From the NCBI GenBank assembly GCA_963836235.1, contig CAWIIP010000004.1, forward strand, positions 800,001-864,000: a stretch of DNA of 64,000 nt, in the 5' to 3' direction. Positions 1-10,460 of the stretch are shown in pieces. Position 1 is the stretch's first letter. Each line of letters starts with the position of its first letter. Origin of the DNA: an uncultured Pseudomonadota bacterium (GTDB lineage: Bacteria; Oederibacteriota; Muellerivitia; Muellerivitales; Muellerivitaceae). The notes under the pieces were generated by a model. That model saw nothing but the letters and a program-made list of their open reading frames with translations. It made no database searches and was not told where the DNA came from. A program made the translations under genes and the position numbers.

Positions 1-80
1 TATTTATATGGTGCAGGGGAAAGACATTCGACACCGCAGGGGATGACATAGAAAAACAAGCTAAACCGAAACTATTTTAG

Positions 81-109
81 GCCTGGGAAAAAATATCCCA
101 GGCTTTTTT
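81..109 (+). terminator. Intrinsic terminator of a gene running in from the left edge
   Basis: GCCTGGGA/TCCCAGGC stem followed by T6. Confidence 0.75.
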
Positions 110-474
110 ATTGCCTAAATGAGGATCACTAAATTAAAACCGGCCGGCGGCTTTCGAGCCGAGTGGGGCAGGAGGTGTCATCCGGGCCTGGATATTGACC
201 CATACCTGCCTCAGCTTTGATAGCGGCCTTATGTGAATGGAACTTCAATTTGGTGGAATTGAATAAAAAACGAGAAAGATGAGCAAACGGCATGAACAGT
301 AAGCCAACCCTGAATTTGAGCTCCACTTAAAAATACTTTCCACAAAAAAGTTTAATTGCCCGGATTGTGTAGCATGGTTCGTTCATAGCGCGAACAATCT
401 AATCGAGAGTATTTTGACTAAAGTCCGTTATCGTAATGACAAGCGATTGGTTTGGAAGCATTTGGGGAAACCGG

Positions 475-503
475 TTGAAAATTAAGGGTTTTTTACTTAA
501 ACT
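475..503 (+). promoter_or_regulatory. Sigma70 promoter of the csp gene, giving a ~140-nt 5'UTR
   Basis: TTGAAA-17 nt-TAAACT; long 5'UTRs are typical of csp mRNAs. Confidence 0.55.
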
Positions 504-648
504 GAGGTTACATCGTTGAAAGCATCAAGGGCGATGGCTTGGCCGCTGAGGGCATCTTAAGTCGGCATCCCTGTTTCAGGAACGCGACGGAGGGAAGTCA
601 CTAAGGCGGCGGGGGTTTTAGCGATGCGGAAAAGGAAGGGTCCGAAAG

Positions 649-855
649 ATGCCAAACGGGCGAGTGAAGTGGTTTAATGCGGGCAAGGGCTATGGGTTCA
701 TCGAGCAAGACGGCGGGGAAGACGTATTCGTCCACTTCTCAGCCATTCAAGGCGACGGGTTCAAGACTTTGACGGCGGGCCAAGAAGTAACTTTTGAGAT
801 TGTGCAGGGCGCGAAGGGTAAGCAGGCGGCGAATGTAACTAAAGCCGGCGGGTAA
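649..855 (+). CDS. cspA: Cold-shock protein (CSD)
   Basis: GRVKWFN, KGYGFI (RNP1), DVFVHFSAI (RNP2); AAGGAAGG RBS. Confidence 0.97.
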   Translation: MPNGRVKWFNAGKGYGFIEQDGGEDVFVHFSAIQGDGFKTLTAGQEVTFEIVQGAKGKQAANVTKAGG

Positions 856-868
856 CGACACCTATTCC

Positions 869-902
869 AAAGGCCTCTCCCGAAGGGGGGAGGCCTTTTT
901 TT
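869..902 (+). terminator. Intrinsic terminator
   Basis: AGGCCTCTCCC/GGGGGAGGCCT stem plus T-run. Confidence 0.9.
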
Positions 903-986
903 GTTTGCGGACAGATAAATAAAATGCGAAATTAAAAGAGTAACACGAGAGAATGCGGGTTTATCGAAGGCTTTGGGAGTGTTGAG

Positions 987-1730
987 TTGAAAAAGAATAT
1001 CCAAACATTTGAAACGGTTGCTCCCGGTGGAGCCACCCCTAACGGCGCCAAGGTGGATGTGTTGGCTTTTGGCGCGCATCCGGATGACGTTGAAATAGCT
1101 ATGGGTGGAACAATCCTTTCCTTGAAAGCCCAAGGGGCCAAGGTGGTGGTTTGTCATTTGACTGATGGGGAACCCACGCCTTACGGTAACCACAAGACCC
1201 GCTTGAAAGAAGCGGAGGCCGCGGCTAAGTTATTGAGGTTGGACGACTACCGCATTCTCCCCTTAAAAAACCGTGAACTTCAGGACACGATTCCGGCTCG
1301 AAAGAAAGTGGCTGAAGTCATCCGCCAATATCGGCCGGCCATTGTCTTCGCTCCTTATTGGGTGGATGCCCATCCCGATCATTGGGGAGGAAGTGAATTG
1401 GTTCAGGCCGCCCGCTTTTGGGCGAAGTTGGTGAAAACCGACATGAAACATGATCCCTGGTACCCGCCGAAGTTTTACTACCATCTTTGCTCCCACCTGC
1501 GGCCCAACGTTCAGCCTTCTTTTATAGTGGATACCTCCGCTTATCACGAACAAAAACTCAAAGCGATCTCTTGTTACGAAAGCCAGTTCATTAAGAAGCC
1601 AGGAAGCCGGGCATTGGAATTTATTAACGTGGCTAATAGATATTGGGGTTCCATGATCGGAACCCAAACCGGAGAGCCCTTCTTTTCAAAGGAAAATCTG
1701 GGGGTTGAAGACCCACGATTGTTTATTTAA
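987..1730 (+). CDS. bshB1: PIG-L family deacetylase, bacillithiol biosynthesis BshB1-like
   Basis: AFGAHPDDVE and HPDH motifs; T.GE, K..AI.CYESQF, GEPF. Confidence 0.8.
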   Translation: MKKNIQTFETVAPGGATPNGAKVDVLAFGAHPDDVEIAMGGTILSLKAQGAKVVVCHLTDGEPTPYGNHKTRLKEAEAAAKLLRLDDYRILPLKNRELQDTIPARKKVAEVIRQYRPAIVFAPYWVDAHPDHWGGSELVQAARFWAKLVKTDMKHDPWYPPKFYYHLCSHLRPNVQPSFIVDTSAYHEQKLKAISCYESQFIKKPGSRALEFINVANRYWGSMIGTQTGEPFFSKENLGVEDPRLFI

Positions 1731-2024
1731 AACTGACAAATTGCGGGAAAGACTGACGGCAGGAAAGTTAAATTATCTTATCCTTGTCTTTGCTGAAAGG
1801 CGCTAGAGCCCGGCCTGCCATATAGACCCCTGACATCACGAAAAACGCCAGAAAATCCAGGATTACTTTTCCCGATAAGTTTTTGATTTTGCGGCTCATA
1901 GGAGCCCCCTTCAATGAGTCTTCACTTATTCAGACGGGTGAAGCCTCGCTTTAGTTCAAAAGTGCATAACTGATGCCAAAATCCCACAAATTCTTCTCCA
2001 ATTGGGTGGTTTTTGTCGGGTCTG

Positions 2025-2080
2025 AAAAGTATACAGCCGTATACTTTTTTCTTGACAGGGGCATTGGGGGCTTTTAGGAT
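2025..2080 (+). promoter_or_regulatory. recA promoter with adjacent palindromic operator candidate
   Basis: AAAAGTATAC-agcc-GTATACTTTT (2025-2048), then TTGACA(2052)-17-TAGGAT(2075). Confidence 0.65.
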
Positions 2081-2125
2081 GGCGTTATTCAGTTGGAAGT
2101 ACTTATTTTCTTAAGGAGAAGCGAA

Positions 2126-3295
2126 ATGGCGACCGAGAAGCAAAAAGCGTTGGATATGGCGATCCTGCAGATTGAGAAGGACCACGGCAAGGGAGCAATT
2201 ATGAAACTGGGGGATGCCAAGGTACAGGACGTCAAATCCATCTCCACGGGAGCTATCTCCGTCGACATCGCCACCGGTATCGGGGGAGTACCCCGAGGCC
2301 GTATCATTGAAATATATGGACCGGAATCCTCCGGTAAAACCACCCTGACCCTTCATATTGTGGCTGAGTGCCAAAAAGCCGGTGGAACCGCTGTTTTTAT
2401 TGACGCCGAACATGCCATGGATCCGGTTTACGCCAGGAAATTAGGCGTTAACGTGGACGAACTCCTGATTTCTCAACCCGATTCAGCCGAAGAGGCCCTC
2501 CAGATCGCCGATACCCTTATTCGTTCCGGCGCCATTGATGTGCTCGTTGTGGACTCGGTGGCGGCCTTGGCTCCACGGGCAGAGTTAGAAGGGGACATGG
2601 GTGATGCCCACGTGGGTCTGCAGGCCCGCTTGATGAGTCAGGCCCTTCGGAAGTTGACGGCTTTGCTTTCCAAGTCCCATACTTGCGCCATCTTCATCAA
2701 TCAAATCCGTGAGAAAATTGGGGTCATGTTCGGTAACCCCGAGACTACCCCGGGTGGACGCGCTTTGAAGTTTTACGCCTCCATGCGACTGGATATACGC
2801 CGAGTGGAAGCCATCAAGAGCGGCGACCAGAACATCGGTAACAAAGTGAAGGTCAAAGTCGTGAAAAACAAGACGGCACAACCTTTCCGGGAAGGGTTCG
2901 TTGATATCATCTTCGGCGAAGGTATTTCGAAAGAAGGCTCCCTCATTGATGTGGGCGTCGAAATGAATATCGTGGACAAAAGCGGCACCTGGCTGAGCTT
3001 CGGGGAGAACAAAATCGGACAGGGCCGGGAAGCCGCCAAGACTTTCTTGAAGGAACATCCGGAAGTGATGGCCCAGATCGAAAAGAAAATCAAGGAAAAG
3101 ACCGGATTAATACCAGCCCCGACGGTCCCAGTTGAAAAAGGGAAAACCGAGACTTCCGGATTGGCCACAGTGAGTCCGTCAAATGCTCCGGTGCAAAATA
3201 AACTAGTGGCTACCTCAGCGGTTGTGCCACCGCAAATTAAAAAGGACAGCGTTTTTGTTCCGACTGATAAGGCCAAGGTCGCATTGAAGAAATAA
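2126..3295 (+). CDS. recA: Recombinase RecA with ~55-aa low-complexity C-terminal extension
   Basis: [43 protein letters not shown]; AAGGAG RBS before ATG 2126. Confidence 0.99.
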   Translation: MATEKQKALDMAILQIEKDHGKGAIMKLGDAKVQDVKSISTGAISVDIATGIGGVPRGRIIEIYGPESSGKTTLTLHIVAECQKAGGTAVFIDAEHAMDPVYARKLGVNVDELLISQPDSAEEALQIADTLIRSGAIDVLVVDSVAALAPRAELEGDMGDAHVGLQARLMSQALRKLTALLSKSHTCAIFINQIREKIGVMFGNPETTPGGRALKFYASMRLDIRRVEAIKSGDQNIGNKVKVKVVKNKTAQPFREGFVDIIFGEGISKEGSLIDVGVEMNIVDKSGTWLSFGENKIGQGREAAKTFLKEHPEVMAQIEKKIKEKTGLIPAPTVPVEKGKTETSGLATVSPSNAPVQNKLVATSAVVPPQIKKDSVFVPTDKAKVALKK

Positions 3296-3321
3296 AATCA
3301 GTAAACTAATTTTACCCGTTG

Positions 3322-3359
3322 AAAGGGGCGTGGGAAACCACGACCCCTTTTGTTTTTTT
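3322..3359 (+). terminator. Intrinsic terminator after recA
   Basis: AAAGGGG-CGTGG-gaaa-CCACG-a-CCCCTTTT plus T-run. Confidence 0.8.
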
Positions 3360-3420
3360 CAATAGGTTCATTTCACTTGAATTGAATACAATAAGCGAAC
3401 CCCAAATGGAGGACGATCTT

Positions 3421-5754
3421 ATGACGAAGACGCCCATCAATAAACTTTTGAAATTCATTCTGTGGACTGGCGGTCTAATCGTCGGACTTTTTGTGCTCTT
3501 ATTGATTGCCGCAGCCATCATCATCCCCATCAAGTTCCCGCCCGAGAAGTTAAAGGCTATGGCCACGGAACAACTCACCCAAGTCCTTAAGCACAAAGTG
3601 ACCATCGGTTCCGTCCATTTCAACATCCTCAGCGGGTTTGGTATCCAAGACCTAGTGGTAGCCAACCGGTCCGGTTGGGCCTCGAAACCCCTACTTCAGG
3701 CGGCGGATATTTCCATTTCTTACCATTTGCTGCCCTTGCTTTGGGGACAGGTTTCTTTAGGGGAAATTAAACTGAACCAGCCCCAAATCCTGGTGGAAAA
3801 ACGGGGACCCGGCAACTTCAACTTTAGCGATATGACGGGTTCCAGCTCGGCCCCGGCCGCCACGGCTCCTGCGGCCAGACCCGTCTCCGCCAAGGCCAAA
3901 TCCAAAGCCAAGACCAAAGGGAAGAAGAAGAGACGCGCTGAATTTATCCAATCCGAGGAAGCTCCTGTTCAAACCTCCTTCTTCGCGGACAGCGCTTGGG
4001 CTGGGACGGCTTCCAGCGCTTCCACCTCCTCAAAAATCATCCAACAGCTTTCAGTGGACAGCGTCAATATTGTCCACGCCCATTTGGAATACCTGGACGA
4101 GTCGGTTTCGCCCGCGCAGAAATCGGTGGCGGATGACCTGAACGTCAAGATCAAGAATATCTCGCTGGATGGCGGGAAAATCACCTATTCCATTGACACG
4201 CCTTTTACCTTCAATAAGTTGACTTACAAGTTCAGCGTCGGGGGAAGCGCGCGTTATTTCTACGCCAGTCAATCCATCAAGGAACTAGCGCTAAAGGGCG
4301 CCGTGAACGATTTGGGTTTCAACCTTTCGGGAGACGCGCTCAACATGACGGGCAATTACAGCCCGAACATGGACGGGGAAGCTTCTTTAAACATGCTCAA
4401 ATTCGTCGGGTTGGTTCCTAGCTCGCTCTACCAGATGCCCCAAGGCTTGTCGCTGACGGGCCCGGCCAAGGTGGATTTCCACCTGGCGGGAAGCCGGGAC
4501 AGCGGGTTGGAGCTTTCGGGAACCGCTGATGGGTCCGAACTGGTTATCCAATATAAAGACCTTTTCGTGAAGACCGATAAGACAGCCTGCAAGATCGATT
4601 TCAAGACCGTCAACAACTTGATACGAGGGGTCTATGACGTGCCCTCTTTCACGGTGGTATACGGTGATTGGAATGTGACGGGTTCTTTTCATTACAGCGC
4701 GAACGCGCCCTGGTCCTGTAAAATTCACTCGGATGCCCTGCCTTTCAAGGGCCTGCCGGGCATGCTGCCGAAAATGAAAAACACAACCGTGGACGGCACC
4801 GGGTCGGTGGACCTTTCCATCGTCTCGTCCCCCGGCAAATCCCTGCCGTTCCTTGTGAACGGGCAAATAGAGCTCAAGGGGGTGGGGGTTACACTGCCGA
4901 ACGAACCCTATCTTCAAAACATGACAGGGCCCATCTATTGTGCCAATAACGTGATTCGAATCCCTTCCATTACTTCCAAGTCCTTCGATGGTGACATCGC
5001 TATGGGGGTCACCCTGAACGGCCCCGCTCAAACTTATAGCTATGCCTTTCGATTGACCAACGTGGACTCCCAAAAGGCTATCGACGGCAGTATCGACGCC
5101 TATGTGACCACTAAGGACTATTCACAATATAAGGACAAGCTTTTCGGCAAGATGAACCTGGCCTATGCCGGTTATGGCAAAGGTTTCTCCGGTGACGCCA
5201 TGATGGCCAGCCAAGTCGGGCAAGGGAATTACAGCCTGACAGACACAAAACTCAAGGGGTTCAGCGCCATCAAAACCGTAAACAGTCTTTTGAAGGACAA
5301 GAGCGACGAAATCCATTTCGATAACACCACGGGTAACCTGGCCATGCGCAACAAGGTTTTCTCCTATACTTCCAGTAACATCGGGAAAATCGGCAGTGTG
5401 GCGGTGGTGTGGGGCATGGACGTCGTCAAGATGACTTACTCGCCTGACATGCAGGTGAAGTGCAACATCAAAAAAGACTTGGTGGATACGAATGCTGTTC
5501 TCGGGGTTCTTCCTCAATCCCTGAGGGGTATGGCGAAGGTCGATTACTTGGCGGACGATAATGGAAATATTCCAGCGGACGTCAAATTTACCGGGCCGGT
5601 CTCAGAAAACCATTATTCCTGGGATACCACTCGTATTGGAAACAATGTCAAAAAGCACTTGGGAAGTATTATTCAACAAGGGTTGCAGTCGCCCGGCGCG
5701 CAAAACACGGTCCAGGACCTAGGCAATAAGCTGAAAGGCCTTTTCGGCCATTGA
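3421..5754 (+). CDS. AsmA-family (AsmA-like lipid-transport) protein
   Basis: N-terminal TM anchor, 'LLPLLWGQV..GEIKLNQPQI.VEK...G.FNFSD' AsmA-N signature, repeated beta-rich units; GGAGG RBS before ATG 3421. Confidence 0.75.
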   Translation: MTKTPINKLLKFILWTGGLIVGLFVLLLIAAAIIIPIKFPPEKLKAMATEQLTQVLKHKVTIGSVHFNILSGFGIQDLVVANRSGWASKPLLQAADISISYHLLPLLWGQVSLGEIKLNQPQILVEKRGPGNFNFSDMTGSSSAPAATAPAARPVSAKAKSKAKTKGKKKRRAEFIQSEEAPVQTSFFADSAWAGTASSASTSSKIIQQLSVDSVNIVHAHLEYLDESVSPAQKSVADDLNVKIKNISLDGGKITYSIDTPFTFNKLTYKFSVGGSARYFYASQSIKELALKGAVNDLGFNLSGDALNMTGNYSPNMDGEASLNMLKFVGLVPSSLYQMPQGLSLTGPAKVDFHLAGSRDSGLELSGTADGSELVIQYKDLFVKTDKTACKIDFKTVNNLIRGVYDVPSFTVVYGDWNVTGSFHYSANAPWSCKIHSDALPFKGLPGMLPKMKNTTVDGTGSVDLSIVSSPGKSLPFLVNGQIELKGVGVTLPNEPYLQNMTGPIYCANNVIRIPSITSKSFDGDIAMGVTLNGPAQTYSYAFRLTNVDSQKAIDGSIDAYVTTKDYSQYKDKLFGKMNLAYAGYGKGFSGDAMMASQVGQGNYSLTDTKLKGFSAIKTVNSLLKDKSDEIHFDNTTGNLAMRNKVFSYTSSNIGKIGSVAVVWGMDVVKMTYSPDMQVKCNIKKDLVDTNAVLGVLPQSLRGMAKVDYLADDNGNIPADVKFTGPVSENHYSWDTTRIGNNVKKHLGSIIQQGLQSPGAQNTVQDLGNKLKGLFGH

Positions 5755-5777
5755 TTCACCTGTCAAAATTAATTTGA

Positions 5778-5812
5778 AAAAGTGCGGGAAAACTCCCGCT
5801 CTTTTTATTTTT
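5778..5812 (+). terminator. Intrinsic terminator
   Basis: GCGGGA-aaac-TCCCGC stem followed by T-rich tract. Confidence 0.6.
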
Positions 5813-5822
5813 AAGGACCCCA

Positions 5823-7121
5823 ATGTTTGATTTGTTCTTTTCCTATGTCTATCGGTTTTTGCACCGCTATTTGGGCGTGCGGCGGCCCCTTTCTGATAAG
5901 GAAAAGACATTGGCTTGGATGTTCAGCCTTTATGACTTTAATTACGCCTTATCCTCGCTTTTTTTGAATGTCTTCCTCTTTAAAAAACATCAAGATTTCC
6001 AAACGGTGGGCCTCTTTAACCTGACGCAATTCGCGATTATTGCCCCCGCCTTTTGGTTGGGGGGGCATTTATCCAAAAAATTCGGAAATTTGCTTTCGTA
6101 CCAGCTTGGATTTGTTTTTAGCGCATCCGTTTTTGCGGCAACACTTATCCTCCGAGAGAACGCGCCCAATCATCCCTGCCTACTTGGATTATTAGGAGGG
6201 TTGGGAATCGGTTTTTATTTCCTTGGGGAGCATTCCTTGACCCTGGACATGACGACTGAGGAGACCCGCGATTATTTTCTTTCCCTGACGACTTTTTTTT
6301 CATCGATTCTCTGCATCTTAAGCCCGGCCATGGCTGGATGGCTCATTGCCGCCTTTAGAAAATCCTCTTCCGGCCTTTCAGGGGATACGGGCTCCCTGAT
6401 GGGCTATTACCTTGTTTTCACCATCGCGCTGTTTCTTTACCTGGTTCTCACCTTCAAGAGTTTCCAATTCCACGCGAAACCGGCGGACCAGGGTTTTTTC
6501 TTTTGGAAAGTGCTTACTTTCCGTAATAACGGGGATTGGAACCGATTAATGGTCGCTCAATTTCTGTTAGGCTTGCGAGGGGGCGTTTTTTGGTTTGTGG
6601 TGCCCCTTTTGGTTTACCGGTTTTCCCTCAATGAGGTGATTGTGGGTGGCTACAGCATGTTCGTGAACTTCCAGGGGGTTTTAACCACATACGCGCTTTC
6701 CCTCTGGGCGAAGGCAGGCAACCGTTGGAAAGGCCTTTGGATTTCGTCCTGGTTGCTGGGATTTGCCTTCGTTGGCCTTTTTATCAAAATCAATTATTTC
6801 ACTTTTCTTCTTTATGCGCTCTTGGTTGCCACGGGGGGAACATGGGGCCAAGTTGTTTTCGGAGCTTTTTCTTTTAAAATTTTAGAAAAAGCAAGGGAAG
6901 CCAAGTCCGGCAAAATTGAGTATCTGGCCATTCGGGAATTCCCATTGGGTCTGGGCCGGGTCCTGGGAGTGGTGGGCTTTTTAGGAGGGCTGTATTATTT
7001 CGGGGAAACGGGACTTCGAACGGCCTTGCTCGTCTTGGGATTCGCCCATATGGGCGTGTTTTTCTTCCTTCCCAAAAATAAATCCGTTGAAATCTCCTCT
7101 CCAGGCTTGGAAAAAGCGTAA
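5823..7121 (+). CDS. MFS-type transporter (about 12 TM)
   Basis: About 12 hydrophobic segments; LNVFLFK and EY..IRE..L.LGR patterns. Confidence 0.75.
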   Translation: MFDLFFSYVYRFLHRYLGVRRPLSDKEKTLAWMFSLYDFNYALSSLFLNVFLFKKHQDFQTVGLFNLTQFAIIAPAFWLGGHLSKKFGNLLSYQLGFVFSASVFAATLILRENAPNHPCLLGLLGGLGIGFYFLGEHSLTLDMTTEETRDYFLSLTTFFSSILCILSPAMAGWLIAAFRKSSSGLSGDTGSLMGYYLVFTIALFLYLVLTFKSFQFHAKPADQGFFFWKVLTFRNNGDWNRLMVAQFLLGLRGGVFWFVVPLLVYRFSLNEVIVGGYSMFVNFQGVLTTYALSLWAKAGNRWKGLWISSWLLGFAFVGLFIKINYFTFLLYALLVATGGTWGQVVFGAFSFKILEKAREAKSGKIEYLAIREFPLGLGRVLGVVGFLGGLYYFGETGLRTALLVLGFAHMGVFFFLPKNKSVEISSPGLEKA

Positions 7122-7151
7122 AATGTACAAAATCAAGCGGGAGAAATTTTA

Positions 7152-7820
7152 GTGATCTACGCCATTGGCGACATTCACGGTTGTTTGAAAGCCTTGAAGG
7201 AATTGATGGATGAATTACCGGTAACGGACAGCGATGAAGTCGTGTTCCTCGGCGATTACATCGACCGGGGGCCGGACAGCAAAGGTGTTTTGGATTATCT
7301 CTTATCCAACCAAAAGCCGAATTGGCATTTCCTGCGTGGAAACCACGAGCAGATGCTGTTGGACTGGCTTGGCACGCCCAACCCGCTAGCGGCCGCCAAT
7401 TGGCTCCTCAACGGCGGTCACCAAACCCTTCAATCCTACGTGCCTAAAGAGAAGCTGGATGAGGTACGCGGGGAAGGGGCCCATATTTTGCTTCAGTCTT
7501 ATATTCCCCATACCCACGTGGAGTTTTTGAATGCCCTTCCCTTGATTCTGGACCGGCCCGAAGCTTTCTTTTGCCACGCCGGAATCAACTTGGATAATCC
7601 CTTGAGCGCGCAGGAACCGGACGACCTTTTGTGGATCCGCCGGAAATTTATACAGGATCCTCGACCCACACCCAAGCTGATTGTCCATGGACATACCCCC
7701 ATCCTGGAGTTGGATACGACCCGCGACCGCATCAATTTGGATACGGGGTGTGTTTATGGCAATTATTTGACCGCCATGTCCCTGCCTGATAAAAAGATTT
7801 ACCAGACCAAACAAAATTAA
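7152..7820 (+). CDS. Metallophosphoesterase (PPP/PrpA-like Ser/Thr phosphatase)
   Basis: GDIHG, GDYIDRG, GNHE, HAG, HGHT, DTG motifs. Confidence 0.93.
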   Translation: MIYAIGDIHGCLKALKELMDELPVTDSDEVVFLGDYIDRGPDSKGVLDYLLSNQKPNWHFLRGNHEQMLLDWLGTPNPLAAANWLLNGGHQTLQSYVPKEKLDEVRGEGAHILLQSYIPHTHVEFLNALPLILDRPEAFFCHAGINLDNPLSAQEPDDLLWIRRKFIQDPRPTPKLIVHGHTPILELDTTRDRINLDTGCVYGNYLTAMSLPDKKIYQTKQN

Positions 7821-8509
7821 TTTTTTGGGCTTGACTCAAGTTTACGAAACTTCTTTTCGAATTTAGACGAGGCTTCGGCCAAGGCCATTTCGGCGTGGAT
7901 GCCGGTGGATTGGGCAAGCTGGGCAAAAGTCAGGAGGAACTCCCCGGCGGATTTCTCTTTCTTCTTTTTGCTGCCGTCGGCCAATGACCGTTGGAAGCTT
8001 TTCCAAAGTTTTTCCAGTTCTTTTTCAAGTTTTAAGTCTCTTTTGGTTTTACGGTGTTTTGAGATCTTTTCATGCATCCGCTGGGCGCGCAGAAGCGCGG
8101 GAAGGGACTTGGGGAGTCCGTCTAAGGTGGATTTTCTTTCGGGTTTTTCCTGGCGCTTCAATTCTTCCCATTTGCGGTTGATATCGGCAATCTTTCGGCT
8201 GGCTCCCTTGCCGAACACATGGGGATGGCGTCGGACGAGTTTGTCGCCGATGGTTTTGGCCACGTCCTGGAGGTTAAACCGGCCCTTCTCCTTCTCTAAT
8301 TGGGCGTGAAAAACCACTTGGAGAAGGACGTCGCCCAGTTCTTCCCGCAGTGATTCAGGGCTGCCGCTGTCGATAGCGTCCAAGGCCTCATGGGCTTCCT
8401 CCAGCAGGTAAGGTTTCAGGCTCTTGTGGGTCTGCCGCTTGTCCCAGGGGCAACCGCTTTTGGAACGTAATCGGGTCATTAATTTTTCCAGCCGATTAAG
8501 ATAATCCAT
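7817..8509 (-). CDS. mazG: MazG nucleoside triphosphate pyrophosphohydrolase (second domain degenerate)
   Basis: GCPWD..QT, EEAHE, EELGDVLLQVVFH, KLVRRHPHVFG, LPALLRA. Confidence 0.92.
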   Translation of the reverse strand: MDYLNRLEKLMTRLRSKSGCPWDKRQTHKSLKPYLLEEAHEALDAIDSGSPESLREELGDVLLQVVFHAQLEKEKGRFNLQDVAKTIGDKLVRRHPHVFGKGASRKIADINRKWEELKRQEKPERKSTLDGLPKSLPALLRAQRMHEKISKHRKTKRDLKLEKELEKLWKSFQRSLADGSKKKKEKSAGEFLLTFAQLAQSTGIHAEMALAEASSKFEKKFRKLESSPKN

Positions 8510-8580
8510 ACTTGCCTCCGAAGTGGAGGGACTTTAACATGAAGCCGTATTAATTCCAATCGAGATACCGGAAGGGGAAA

Positions 8581-10329
8581 ATGCCATTACCTTTATGGAC
8601 TGAACGGCTCCTGAAACTGCCGGGAGTCAAACACTTTAAGTCCCACATGCTTAAAAGCGGCCACACCGAAGAGGAATCTAACGCGGGCGCCCTGGCCGCC
8701 GGCGGCTTAGCCTTGTTTTTGGCGATTATTATTTTTAACACTTTTATATTTGGAGTCATTCGGGGTTCTTTTCAGAACATTTGGAACTATTGCCAAAAGA
8801 ATCAAAACGAGGCCATTGGGGTCGCTATTTTCGGGACGATGATGCTTTTGGCTCTCCTCTTCCAGCTCTTAAGAAGCATGAGTTTGAAGACCGCCGAAAA
8901 AGAAAGGGGAATTCGGAATATCCGGCACAAAATTGAGGAGAAAAGGGATTATTTAAAAAGAGGCGCGATGGGAAACGTGGAAGAAATCCTCCGCTTTTAC
9001 CTTTCGGAAAAGTACCCGGAAATTGAAATCAAGTCGGTCCATATGGTCGATATGATCCCGCGCGTCCGTTTTATGGTCAGGCGGTTCAATACCGAATTGG
9101 GCGGCGAAGTGGACAAGAACTATGAGCTTTTTCGGGACACCCTTTTCGCGGACACCTTGCATGTCCTGGAGGTCGTTTTTTTCCTTTCCGAAAACATCAA
9201 CGTGGCCATCGTGGATGGGATGATGAACTTTATCAGCGGGAAAGCCAAGTATTACGACGGGCATGTCTTGAGCGTGAAGGCCCAAAGGGATGTTTTTGAG
9301 CATACCCGGGAAAAGAAATTAGCGCCTTTCAAGGTCCTCACCTCCTTTGACCTCCGTTATAACGATGGAATGGAAGTGAAGCCCATGCCCGAAGAGGAAA
9401 GCAAAACGGCCAAGGTCATCGAACGCCTCATGGAAAACGCTCCGAGGATTAACGTGCGGTATGAATCGGCAAAAACCAAAGTGGAAGACGGGTGGGAAAA
9501 ACCCAAGGTTATGGAAGAGCCCGAGGTCATTCAGGAAACCCTTCGGGGAAAAGAATTCAGCTCGATGCCCCTCGCCGAGTTCCAAGACCTGGTTTTGAGG
9601 GTTTTGGCGAAGATGAGCTTTGAAGTTCAAAAGGTCAAAAAGGTTCCCGGCGGAACCCTTCAAATCCAGGCCGATTTCTCCCATCCGGTGGTGGGGGGGA
9701 GTTTCCTGGTGCTGGCGAGGCAATATCCCGAGACCGCCCCGGTTCACGCGGATTTGATCCGTGAATTGGATGAGGTGACGAGGGAAGAAGCCTGCAAAAG
9801 GGGCATCTATATCGTGACCGGCCGATTTACGGAAGAAGCCAAGAATATATCCCGCAAGATGGCGGTGGATTTGGTGGATGGGGTGAAGTTGACTGAGCTG
9901 ATCGAGGGCCCGCATTACGACGGAAGGTGGACCTTCCGTGTGGTGGATGAGAAGGGCGTGGTCACGGATTTGAGCAAAATGCCCCTTTTGAATTTCGAGA
10001 GGGAAGTGGATCTGTTTTTGAAAAGCATGGGGTTTCGGCTGGATAAAATCCGGCGGGTTCCGGGAGGGGCGGTGGTGGCGGTAGCCGACTTCCCCCATCC
10101 GATAACGGGCGGTAAATTTTGCGTGTTGGGAAGACAATTTCCGGCGGGAGAAAGGGTTCCCGCCGAATTGGTCAGCGAAATGAGCCATGTCATGAGATCC
10201 GAATTTTGTTACCGGGGAATATTGCTGGTTCCCGCCGACTATGCCATGGACGCGAGGGCCTTGGCGAGGTTCTCCAACGTGGAACTGGTGGACCGGAATA
10301 CCTGGGAAAATCTCCGGCGCCAAATTTGA
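8581..10329 (+). CDS. Membrane-anchored protein with two tandem Mrr-like (restriction endonuclease fold) domains
   Basis: Two N-terminal TM helices; two repeats ending in RGI....FT.EA.....VDLVDG and RGI.....A.....VELVDR. Confidence 0.65.
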   Translation: MPLPLWTERLLKLPGVKHFKSHMLKSGHTEEESNAGALAAGGLALFLAIIIFNTFIFGVIRGSFQNIWNYCQKNQNEAIGVAIFGTMMLLALLFQLLRSMSLKTAEKERGIRNIRHKIEEKRDYLKRGAMGNVEEILRFYLSEKYPEIEIKSVHMVDMIPRVRFMVRRFNTELGGEVDKNYELFRDTLFADTLHVLEVVFFLSENINVAIVDGMMNFISGKAKYYDGHVLSVKAQRDVFEHTREKKLAPFKVLTSFDLRYNDGMEVKPMPEEESKTAKVIERLMENAPRINVRYESAKTKVEDGWEKPKVMEEPEVIQETLRGKEFSSMPLAEFQDLVLRVLAKMSFEVQKVKKVPGGTLQIQADFSHPVVGGSFLVLARQYPETAPVHADLIRELDEVTREEACKRGIYIVTGRFTEEAKNISRKMAVDLVDGVKLTELIEGPHYDGRWTFRVVDEKGVVTDLSKMPLLNFEREVDLFLKSMGFRLDKIRRVPGGAVVAVADFPHPITGGKFCVLGRQFPAGERVPAELVSEMSHVMRSEFCYRGILLVPADYAMDARALARFSNVELVDRNTWENLRRQI

Positions 10330-10460
10330 CAAGGTGTTGATTTCGGCGGCCTTCATTTCCAGGCGCGGTATTTGACGATCGATAATCTCCTGTTTGCGCT
10401 CTTGACATATAAAAAAAGTAGAAGTATTCATTGTGTTAAATTCCCTTAAGGAGGACGCCT

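Noticed and set aside
142-228. SRP RNA or HDV-like ribozyme
   Set aside because: Minus-strand CAGGCCCGGA lacks the following AGG.AGCAGC; the GGCCGGC start has no P1 partner.
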